From assembly GCA_965140415.1 (NCBI GenBank), contig OZ223209.1:3744001-3808000 (forward strand): a DNA stretch of 64,000 nucleotides. The letters run 5' to 3'. The position numbers and the translations under genes were made by a program. This DNA comes from Myxococcota bacterium. Lineage in GTDB: Bacteria; Myxococcota_A; SURF-8. The first letter of the stretch is position 1. Each line of letters begins with the position of its first letter. Below, in pieces: positions 30,183-38,615 of this stretch. The notes below the pieces were generated by a model that saw nothing but the letters and a program-made list of their open reading frames with translations, had not been told where the DNA came from and did no database searches.

Positions 30183-30905
30183 ATGAAACCACAAAAGTTT
30201 ATCCCACAAATCCTTCTAGTGATTGTGGTTTTCGCTTTCCTCCTGTCTTATGCCCACGCCGACGAACCCTCCACCCCTCTATGCACCGTCGTAAAGGTCA
30301 TCGACGGCGACACCCTCGTCGCCCAGTGTCCCGGCAAGAATTCCGAAAAAGTCCGGCTAATCGGCGTAGATACACCCGAAACCAAGCATCCATCCAAACC
30401 AGTCCAGTTCTATGGCCGTGAGGCATCGGCTTTCACAAAGCGCATGGCCGATGGTAAGCGAGTACGGCTGGAATTCGATCAGGCGTTCGCCGCAAAAGGC
30501 CACAGGGGCGTTTACGGACGGCTCCTGGCTTACGTCTATATCAAACAGTCGGACGGCACATGGTTCGATTTGAATGCTGAGCTAATCCGCCAGGGATACG
30601 CCCATGCCTATACTAGGTTTCCGTTCAACCGGATAGATGAGTTCCGTCAACTTGAAAGTGAAGCACGGAAAGCCAGTAGGGGCTTGTGGACTGAATCTGT
30701 TAAGCCGACAACTCCCGCCAGTAAGGTTAAACCTAACGGAAAGTGCCTGATCAAGGGCAACATCGGTAAAGGCGGGAAGAAGATATTCCATGTTCCTGGA
30801 GGCCGGTGGTACAAGCTAACCAAAATAGATGAAAGCCGTGGAGAACGGTGGTTTTGCACTGAAAAAGAGGCCGTCCAGGCGGGGTGGCGGAAGTCAAGTC
30901 AGTGA
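30183..30905 (+). CDS. Secreted thermonuclease (SNase) with a small C-terminal Cys-containing domain
   Basis: Signal peptide; VIDGDT, VRLIGVDTPE, YGRLLAYV, RGLW; CLIKGNI...FHVPGG...RWFCTEKEA. Confidence 0.9.
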   Translation: MKPQKFIPQILLVIVVFAFLLSYAHADEPSTPLCTVVKVIDGDTLVAQCPGKNSEKVRLIGVDTPETKHPSKPVQFYGREASAFTKRMADGKRVRLEFDQAFAAKGHRGVYGRLLAYVYIKQSDGTWFDLNAELIRQGYAHAYTRFPFNRIDEFRQLESEARKASRGLWTESVKPTTPASKVKPNGKCLIKGNIGKGGKKIFHVPGGRWYKLTKIDESRGERWFCTEKEAVQAGWRKSSQ

Positions 30906-31067
30906 ATACTAGGGATACGCCTTTTTGTAGGGGCTTGATCCGGAATATTTCCCATACATTGCGGTGCAGATACGGGAGCATTCTTGGATAGAAATATCGG
31001 TATACAAGCAATTTAATTTGTAAATTTCAAATCAATAATATTGAAATGATACAATTCACTTGTTACG

Positions 31068-31547
31068 GTGAGATTTTATAACACTTCACAACATCAACAT
31101 TGGGACAGTAGAGAAAGTAGGTACAAGTTGGGAAATATTGCCAAAGAACTTAGAGAATTAGCAATCAAATCACGCCAGTCAGTTGCAATCCAAAAAGAAG
31201 TGCAGAGAGGGTATGAGTACCGAAAGCGACTAAAAGAAGAAGAAGCCAGGAAAACACGAGATAGGGAGTTAGTTGATAAATTCGAGCAAATGATTATTAG
31301 AAAGGCAAAATCCACTGCACAAAAGGCGAAAAAATGTTTTTGGATTACTTATTCTGATTTTTCAGAATTGGACGAGTTCTGCACTTACAAGAAACATTGG
31401 TTCTATGATCATAGAAAATCGTATTCTTTTTCTTTTCTAGGACATCAAGTTGCAAAAAGATTAAAAAAACAAGGATTCAAAATAAAACTTAAGGCATCAG
31501 TTGATGTTGATTACAACTATACCCCAACGATGCGGATAAAATTTTAA
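31068..31547 (+). CDS. Hypothetical basic protein
   Basis: 159-codon ORF in AT-rich DNA, no recognised motif. Confidence 0.5.
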   Translation: MRFYNTSQHQHWDSRESRYKLGNIAKELRELAIKSRQSVAIQKEVQRGYEYRKRLKEEEARKTRDRELVDKFEQMIIRKAKSTAQKAKKCFWITYSDFSELDEFCTYKKHWFYDHRKSYSFSFLGHQVAKRLKKQGFKIKLKASVDVDYNYTPTMRIKF

Positions 31548-31848
31548 ATCATCGTGACGCCTGAATATTGAATCTGGTCATCAAATTATTAGCTTGCCAA
31601 TATCGTACAGATTTAAGGTATTCCTACATTTTGATATTCCCCTCTTTTAGTGGATACTCGGCTATCCTGTCAAGGATGCCCATTCTCCGACCGTAAACAG
31701 CCTTTCGGTCGCTCTTTTCTAATGTTGCCAGTCTCGGTCAAAGAATGCGATACAGGGCAAATTCTGAGCCATAGAGCCTGAGTAGGTTAGCCGAATCCCC
31801 TCTACGGAGTCATGGGGGCATTTCCTGGATGTACGGGGATGCCTGTAC

Positions 31849-32807
31849 AGCTTCATCCCCACGGGTGTGGGGAATACGAATCCTGTTGAAACTGTGGGAC
31901 AAATTGAACCGGTTCATCCCCACGGGTGTGGGGAATACCTGATACGCGGCGAATTCAACCACAGGTCGTTGCGGTTCATCCCCACGGGTGTGGGGAATAC
32001 GCATGCCAAGTGAGTTTGCCTAAAGCTTCCTGGACGGTTCATCCCCACGGGTGTGGGGAATACCCGGTATGCCCCATTTATTGCAGGTTTTAAGCGCGGT
32101 TCATCCCCACGGGTGTGGGGAATACGTGTCGGTATGAACGTTAATCGACAGTTGGGTTCGGTTCATCCCCACGGGTGTGGGGAATACGTTTCTTGCTCGC
32201 TGTACAGCTTTTCCCGGTCCACGGTTCATCCCCACGGGTGTGGGGAATACGCTTTCTTGCAAACATAGGCATAAGAGCTTCAATCGGTTCATCCCCACGG
32301 GTGTGGGGAATACTCTTCCACAAGTTCATTCACGCGACTAGCAAGCGGTTCATCCCCACGGGTGTGGGGAATACTTGTTCGCCACGTTGCGGATCGTCTT
32401 GACCAAACGGTTCATCCCCACGGGTGTGGGGAATACGGAAATTGGACACAGTGTGTGGAATCCGCACGCGGTTCATCCCCACGGGTGTGGGGAATACGGC
32501 AAGCCGAGCGCTGTTTTCATGCTTGAAAAACGGTTCATCCCCACGGGTGTGGGGAATACATGTAGTGGATATGCCGCGCTTCTCCGATCAAGCGGTTCAT
32601 CCCCACGGGTGTGGGGAATACGTTCTGACTCGCTGGGGATATGATTGGTTTTCTCGGTTCATCCCCACGGGTGTGGGGAATACGCAACGTTTCGCGGAAA
32701 GCAGATGCTTCTTCATCGGTTCATCCCCACGGGTGTGGGGAATACCTGAATATAATGATATTGGCAGTATCGGTTCGCCGGTTCATCCCCACGGGTGTGG
32801 GGAATAC
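31849..32807 (-). CRISPR. Type I-E CRISPR array, 16 repeats and 15 spacers
   Basis: 29-bp repeat GTATTCCCCACACCCGTGGGGATGAACCG (minus strand); spacers 32-34 bp; degenerate repeat at the cas-distal end (31849-31877). Confidence 0.98.
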
Positions 32808-32856
32808 TCTTGAATATTACAGCAGAATTCGCCCAATATCTACTGTATGTGTACAG

Positions 32857-33138
32857 CTATTTTGGGTTAAAGGTGGAAATCAGTTGAAGACCGTCATACT
32901 CCACCACCTTACGGCGAGTGGTTCCATGTGAACGAATCAGAAATCGCTGTTCGTTGTTCGTCGTGTAAATCTGCATGCAACCACGTTCTTTCATCTCTTT
33001 TTTTACTTTTTCCCACAAACGATCCCGCACCATCGCACTCATCGTGCCGACGAATAAACCCGCTTTCGGCTCCACCATCCAGCGACTCAACTCGCCTCGC
33101 AGTCTAGTTGGAGCGTTCTCCACGATCATCACCACCAT
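32857..33138 (-). CDS. cas2: Type I-E Cas2
   Basis: MVVMIVENAPTRLRGELSRWMVEPKAGLFVG...NNEQ. Confidence 0.95.
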   Translation of the reverse strand: MVVMIVENAPTRLRGELSRWMVEPKAGLFVGTMSAMVRDRLWEKVKKEMKERGCMQIYTTNNEQRFLIRSHGTTRRKVVEYDGLQLISTFNPK

Positions 33139-34051
33139 AATTCACACCTCCCGACACCGGACCGCTCTCGTTCCAAAGCCAACCCGGCATTGCCTGATCA
33201 ACATCGAAATCACCCACAATTTCTTTCTTCGGGATATCCAAAATGCGGTCGATATCCGGAATGATACGCGATAGGAGGTTGGCGTGGTAAAAGGCGTTCC
33301 GGCACCTTTCGCGAACTCGACCCTCAATCCGGTTTGCACCCTCACTAACTACTTGAAACGACAGAGGGACCGTTACCTCCGCCTTATATAGATCGGCAAT
33401 ATCGTACACAAAAGAAAGCATCTTACCTGTGTGGACGAAACCAATGGCAGGGGAATAACCGGTTGAAACGATCGCGGCATGGCACAATCCATTCAGGCAA
33501 GCGTTGGCGGTTGAAAGGGCTCGGTTAATCGGATCCGCCTGATCCCACTCGCCACGAGTGTAATTGCGTCCCTCCCACTTGACACCTGTCTCTCGGCTGG
33601 CATTCGCATAGGCCTCCCTCACGCGCACGCCCTCTTTTCCTCGGATTTGTTCGATAGTCAGGTCATCCGGCAATCCTTCCGGGAACCGTATCGAATACAT
33701 ATGCCGCACCACTTTCAGACGGCAGTTCGGATTCGCCCATAAAAGCGCCTGCTTTAATTGTCGAGCAGATTTGCGTGTCTCACCAAGGCCTTGTGCATAG
33801 AACCGCGTTGCGTCGGCACCGGTCCATACCACTGAACAACCGTTATCAGCCAATGCGCTCATGGCGGCGTGCGTGACACTTGTCCCAGGTCCAAGAAAAA
33901 TGACCGCGAGCGATGAGGCAGGAACCGCCACGACGTCCCGTTCGTTAGTGAAGCAAACCGACGACTGGCTTTTCTCCAAATGCCCATACTCAAGGTACAA
34001 ATAACTCAATCCGTCCCTAAACTTAGGTAGAATGTGCAGATCCTCTGGCAT
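33104..34051 (-). CDS. cas1: Type I-E Cas1
   Basis: LGPGTSVTHAA, QIRGKEGVRVR, GYSPAIGFVHTG, SFVYDIADLYK. Confidence 0.97.
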   Translation of the reverse strand: MPEDLHILPKFRDGLSYLYLEYGHLEKSQSSVCFTNERDVVAVPASSLAVIFLGPGTSVTHAAMSALADNGCSVVWTGADATRFYAQGLGETRKSARQLKQALLWANPNCRLKVVRHMYSIRFPEGLPDDLTIEQIRGKEGVRVREAYANASRETGVKWEGRNYTRGEWDQADPINRALSTANACLNGLCHAAIVSTGYSPAIGFVHTGKMLSFVYDIADLYKAEVTVPLSFQVVSEGANRIEGRVRERCRNAFYHANLLSRIIPDIDRILDIPKKEIVGDFDVDQAMPGWLWNESGPVSGGVNYGGDDRGERSN

Positions 34052-34150
34052 TGTACACCCCCTTTTACGAGAATTGGTTACACGCTTACCTTAAGCTATT
34101 CGGTTGTCAAAGAACATCCTCTTCTGGCTCCTGGTGAGTCAGAATATGTC

Positions 34151-34750
34151 TTACGATATTCGCGCCAACGACAACAAGCCGAAGCCGAAGGCCTTGGCAG
34201 GGCCGATCCCCTCCCGTAGCGCCTCGGCCAGGCGCTCCCCATCAGTTACCTCCAAGACTCCCTCGAAGCGCGCGGAGTTGAACAACAGACGTTGCCTGCC
34301 GTTGGCGGTTGGCTTGAAACCGTATACCGACCCTTCCGGAATGACCTGCACTCCTAGCACCCTCGCTCCTGCAACTTCCAATTTGCGAGCCAGCCATGCC
34401 TGCATCTCAGCATCTTTCAGAACCGCCCTGCGTTTGCCGTCGCGCTTTACGATAGGATTGGCCCGTAGACGAAATTGGTAGCGCCTCCCGACTAAAAAGG
34501 TGGGCTCAAAGGATTTTGGAGGATCGATACGCGCGGGTATGTTTTCGGAATCGAAATTCGGCTCGACTTCGCTCTGAACCAGCCACACGCTCATACCATT
34601 ACCGGTTTCCGGTTCGATACGATGCAGAACCCGACATCCCGGCGCACCCTTAAATGCATCCATCACGAGTTGATGTCGGTAATAGGCATCTGAGAGCAAC
34701 CGTTGCGTTCGTCGATCCGCCAATGGCAAAATCAATCGGCTGATGTACAT
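34151..34750 (-). CDS. cas6e: Cas6e (Cse3/CasE)
   Basis: FRLRANP and G-rich loop GIGPAKAFGFGLLSLA. Confidence 0.95.
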   Translation of the reverse strand: MYISRLILPLADRRTQRLLSDAYYRHQLVMDAFKGAPGCRVLHRIEPETGNGMSVWLVQSEVEPNFDSENIPARIDPPKSFEPTFLVGRRYQFRLRANPIVKRDGKRRAVLKDAEMQAWLARKLEVAGARVLGVQVIPEGSVYGFKPTANGRQRLLFNSARFEGVLEVTDGERLAEALREGIGPAKAFGFGLLSLARIS

Positions 34751-35424
34751 TTCGCCTCCTTTTCGTCATTCTCTTGTGGTGACGCACAGTGATCCAACCG
34801 TACTTTACGGATACCGTATCGACGGCGCAGGGGATCGAAGGAGAGCGGCACATCCTGGCGGTCATGTCCCTCCTCGCCGGGTCGGCACTCGATCACGAGG
34901 CGCAAACGCTCTGGTGGCGTGCATGGCACTTGCGGCAGAATGGACGGATATGTTCGCAGCGTCTCTTCAAGTTTACCGTTTTTCAATACACCATCCGGCA
35001 GCCAGATAGGCAGTGCAGGCGGACAGGATTTGCGCCCAAGAAACAGCGGCCATTTCGGAGCTTTCAACGCCGCATACAACTTTTTTAGCAGTTCATAGTC
35101 ACCTTCCAAGCCAACAAGGAAAGCGGCGTCCATCAGGTAGTAGCGATTGGAAATAACCGTTGGTGCCTGACCACCGCCTGCGCGGCACACGTCCTGTGCT
35201 GTGTGAAAATCTCGAAGCACACGGCCTTCCCTGTCCACCCGCACCCCCATGCGCAGTACGTTCAGGTCCTCCATTTCCTCGTGTCGGTCCCGTCCCAGGG
35301 CAGCTGCCAGCAGACCCACAATACCGGACTTGCTCGGCTCCCGCTCGGTATCCCGCTCCCCGAAGCGGCTGCGGGTGCCCCAGGATTGCATCGGCCCGAC
35401 ACATCGCAACAGCAACGTGCTCAT
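34732..35424 (-). CDS. cas5: Cas5e (CasD)
   Basis: GPMQSWG, PSKSGIVGLLAAALG, RYYLMDA, LGRKSCPP. Confidence 0.95.
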   Translation of the reverse strand: MSTLLLRCVGPMQSWGTRSRFGERDTEREPSKSGIVGLLAAALGRDRHEEMEDLNVLRMGVRVDREGRVLRDFHTAQDVCRAGGGQAPTVISNRYYLMDAAFLVGLEGDYELLKKLYAALKAPKWPLFLGRKSCPPALPIWLPDGVLKNGKLEETLRTYPSILPQVPCTPPERLRLVIECRPGEEGHDRQDVPLSFDPLRRRYGIRKVRLDHCASPQENDEKEAKCTSAD

Positions 35425-36521
35425 GGCAGTTCTTGCAGAACGGAATCGATCAGGCCGGGGATCCCAAGTGATTCCTTATCGTATTGACTGCAAATGAGTT
35501 TTTTACGAATACTGTCCGAGCCGTACATGCGTTCCAGATTGTCCAGGTGTTCCATGAGCGCCTTCGCCGATAGTTCAGAAACGTCATCTCCTCCGTTGCG
35601 TTTCGGTCGTATCGGGCGAGCGAAGGCATTTGCCAGGTTCCAGGGGTCGTTCGTATCTTTCACGACTGCTAAAATATAAGTTGGAGGATTGTGCGCCGCC
35701 ATGCTGTTCTGCTTCCCGGTCGGTATGGCTTTGATTGATGCCTCCAGCCAGGCGCGAATTCCGGCACGCGACAATTCACCGTCACCACCCAGGTTTTGCG
35801 ACAGATGCTCGACGTGTAACACCTGATAGCGATAGAAGCAGGAACTATTGAACTCAACCACACCCATCATCCCGGCCCCGGTGTCTTCGTTGGGATTCAA
35901 ATCATCTACGGCAGTGTAGAAATCCATTTCCATCTGCACCTGGTTGGTACTGATGGCATGCGCCACCTGACAGGCGGCGTCGATGTTGTCCTGAGGTCGG
36001 TCGGCGAGCATACGTCCGAACAGCGCGATATCAACCGCCCGGGTGCCGTCCAATAGAACATGAAGATTTTTTTCCAAATCCTTGGGGATCGCTCCCTTGG
36101 CTTTCTTTTTACCGATGGACACCTTTTCCAAATCATCCCACGCTTCGTTGCAGGCATTTGCAAAGGACTCGATGGAAGACTCCGCCAAAAACAACAAGTA
36201 CTCGGTTTTCCCCTCCTTCACACCAAGACCGATACTTTCCAACGCAGCCTGCACTACCTGGGCAGCAGCATCCTCTTCTCGACCCTTATCGACAAGGTAG
36301 GGTACGGCTTTTTCGATTAGACGTTTGGTACGGGCTCCCAGACTCTCGGCAGGAAGCAGGGCGTGTTCGCGGCAAAAATCGCGGATCGCCTTTTTAGAAC
36401 ACTGGCTGGAGATGCGCGCCCGGCGGTAGCCGCCGAAAACGCAATCCTTGGGAGCGTTCGTGTCGTCGCGATTCAGATTGTGCGGCGCAAAGTTTTGAAT
36501 GACATGCAGTTCGATCAACAT
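35421..36521 (-). CDS. cas7: Cas7e (Cse4/CasC)
   Basis: NLNRDD, RARISSQC, DIALFGRMLAD, DFYTAVDD, PTGKQNS. Confidence 0.96.
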   Translation of the reverse strand: MLIELHVIQNFAPHNLNRDDTNAPKDCVFGGYRRARISSQCSKKAIRDFCREHALLPAESLGARTKRLIEKAVPYLVDKGREEDAAAQVVQAALESIGLGVKEGKTEYLLFLAESSIESFANACNEAWDDLEKVSIGKKKAKGAIPKDLEKNLHVLLDGTRAVDIALFGRMLADRPQDNIDAACQVAHAISTNQVQMEMDFYTAVDDLNPNEDTGAGMMGVVEFNSSCFYRYQVLHVEHLSQNLGGDGELSRAGIRAWLEASIKAIPTGKQNSMAAHNPPTYILAVVKDTNDPWNLANAFARPIRPKRNGGDDVSELSAKALMEHLDNLERMYGSDSIRKKLICSQYDKESLGIPGLIDSVLQELP

Positions 36522-36530
36522 GGTTTCCTC

Positions 36531-37052
36531 CTATTCCTCTTCCTCTGTATTGTTGTCTGAAAGGGATTCATCGTTCTCATTTTGACGTTTTCCCCAGTAA
36601 TCTCCGGCCCATCGCCGTTGCACGTAGCGATCCGGATGGTCCCAGTGCAGGATGTCGTCCAGCAATTGGGCGTAATCCAGGCCGATATCACGAGTTTTCA
36701 ATAGGCCGATGCACTGGCGCAGATGCGTGTCCAATTCATCCGGGTGGGCATTCAATAGCACCATGAAACGCTTCTCCGCGCTGTCGTTGTCGCTGACGTT
36801 TCTTAACGCCAGGCCGAATCCGGCTTCGGCCCTGTGCTTTGGATGCATGGCGAACAGCGTCGCCACGAGGAAATAAGCGTCCTGCTGCCCCCAATCCGCA
36901 GGCGGTAGATAAGGCACGACCAGCGGCATCATCTCTACCGCCTGTCCCGGCGGCTTACCCAAGCCGCGTCTGAGCCGCGCCAGGGCGGCCCGGTCGTCCC
37001 GTTTTGCGTATCCATTTAAGTGTTCGATAAATCGTTCGATTGCGGCATGCAT
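36531..37052 (-). CDS. cse2: Cse2 (Cas11/CasB)
   Basis: ALARLRRGLG...EKRF...LDYAQL...WAGDYW; position in the operon. Confidence 0.93.
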   Translation of the reverse strand: MHAAIERFIEHLNGYAKRDDRAALARLRRGLGKPPGQAVEMMPLVVPYLPPADWGQQDAYFLVATLFAMHPKHRAEAGFGLALRNVSDNDSAEKRFMVLLNAHPDELDTHLRQCIGLLKTRDIGLDYAQLLDDILHWDHPDRYVQRRWAGDYWGKRQNENDESLSDNNTEEEE

Positions 37053-37076
37053 GCCACACCTCCTTTGCCGATAGGC

Positions 37077-38600
37077 TTAGCTAATCTTCCCCAGACTGCC
37101 GAAAAACAGATTTCCAGCCTGAGAACGTAATTTCAGATCACGGGCGGACACTCCTACGATAATATCTGCTGTTTCGTTGAAAGCTTGTCGAGCCACATGC
37201 TTGCAGGTTTTCACCCACTCTTCATAGGCAACACCAGGATTTTCCGGTAAGGCAAACAGAAAATCGTAAAACTCAGGCTCCAGATGCACCCAGTAGGTCG
37301 AGCGGTCCGTCAGTTTACGGATGGCATCGTTTTCCTTACCTTTTGGGACATGGCCCTCCCCGAAGAGGACATAAATTGCTAGTCTTTTCAAAGCATAGGC
37401 AACGGTGGCCCCTACGTTTTCCGCTGTTTCCAGACCTTTCTCCAGCTGCTCAGCAGCCGTGTGATCGGCCAACAGCGTTTCTGGAACAGGCAATTCCTCC
37501 TGCCGCCAGGCGAGGAGTTTGGCCTGATCATTAACCAATCCCACCACACACAAAGTGAACTCAGGCGGTTCGGGGATCAGGAAAAGCAACCTTTCCCACT
37601 GTCGCACGACGGCAGGTCGCAGATCCTCTTTGGCTTGTACCAGCAAAGCATGGCTATCACGCCATAGCGCCCGATCAATTTGGAGATTGACAGGGTAGAC
37701 ATCACCTTTTTTTGTAAAATGATAGGGTGTAAATGGTCCACGGATGTCAATGTCCCGACTGAGTGATTCTCCCTGTGCCATGTACATGCCACATACTTGG
37801 TTTTCTTCGTTTGAGACGAAACGGACAATTCTTGGTTGCAGAGTCAGATAGTCGAGATATCCATCAGGCATACGCTTTTCCGGCCGAGGCGGTATGGATC
37901 GTTCCCAACTCGGACAGTCATTCTCGTTCCCTATGACCGGCCAATCCGGTTCAGACAGGAGATTCATCAGAAAAGTATCGAACAGCGACGGACCTTTCAG
38001 AAAGACACTCAAACCGCCTAAACCCAGGGCACTTCCGAGGTACGGGTGCTCCCCGAATAGATTGCTTGTTCCACCTTTTCCTCCACCAACTGCGAAATTC
38101 TGCACTGTGATAAGTCTTTGGGCTGCTTCTTGCGGTCCCAGATATCTCCCTTCATCATCCATGTTGTGATCAAACAAAGTTGCATTGGATCCTGCTGCCA
38201 TTTCGTGAAGCAGACTGTTCAATGGGAACGGAAGTTTCTCTTGGTTCTCTTTGCCGTCCACGACCGCAAACCCCGCCACCTGATAAAATGGCCGTTCCGG
38301 GTGAAACAGATCGAAACGTTCGTGCCAATGGTCAAGGTAGTCATCCACGGCTTTCGGATCGAACCGACCCTCCTGCCACAAGGCGAGCCAGTGGTCGTCA
38401 TCGCGGGGACCACCCACGATTCGGTGAGCGACAGCAATTAGGAAACGGTACAAAGCCGCCGTAATCAGTGGTGTTTCGCCACGAATCTGCTCGATTTCAT
38501 GAGCGTTGCGAAACACGTCGTGGATGCCAAAATGCTCGAAGCCTCCCGACTTCGTGACACAGGGCACCCAGCTCTCGTCAATCAGGTTGAAAGTGGGCAT
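37077..38600 (-). CDS. cas8e: Cse1 (Cas8e/CasA)
   Basis: FNLIDESWVP, RFDLFHPERPFYQ, ATLFDH, RALWRD. Confidence 0.93.
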   Translation of the reverse strand: MPTFNLIDESWVPCVTKSGGFEHFGIHDVFRNAHEIEQIRGETPLITAALYRFLIAVAHRIVGGPRDDDHWLALWQEGRFDPKAVDDYLDHWHERFDLFHPERPFYQVAGFAVVDGKENQEKLPFPLNSLLHEMAAGSNATLFDHNMDDEGRYLGPQEAAQRLITVQNFAVGGGKGGTSNLFGEHPYLGSALGLGGLSVFLKGPSLFDTFLMNLLSEPDWPVIGNENDCPSWERSIPPRPEKRMPDGYLDYLTLQPRIVRFVSNEENQVCGMYMAQGESLSRDIDIRGPFTPYHFTKKGDVYPVNLQIDRALWRDSHALLVQAKEDLRPAVVRQWERLLFLIPEPPEFTLCVVGLVNDQAKLLAWRQEELPVPETLLADHTAAEQLEKGLETAENVGATVAYALKRLAIYVLFGEGHVPKGKENDAIRKLTDRSTYWVHLEPEFYDFLFALPENPGVAYEEWVKTCKHVARQAFNETADIIVGVSARDLKLRSQAGNLFFGSLGKIS

Positions 38601-38615
38601 AATTTCTCTCCGAGC

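Noticed and set aside
31791-31824. Possible 17th, highly degenerate CRISPR repeat (ATCCCC...GGGGG)
   Set aside because: Too many differences and the wrong spacing to support
31810-32931. ORFs overlapping the CRISPR array
   Set aside because: They are translations of the repeats
34052-34150. Internal promoter for cas1-cas2
   Set aside because: A perfect TTGACA is present on the minus strand, but there is no convincing -10 at 16-18 bp
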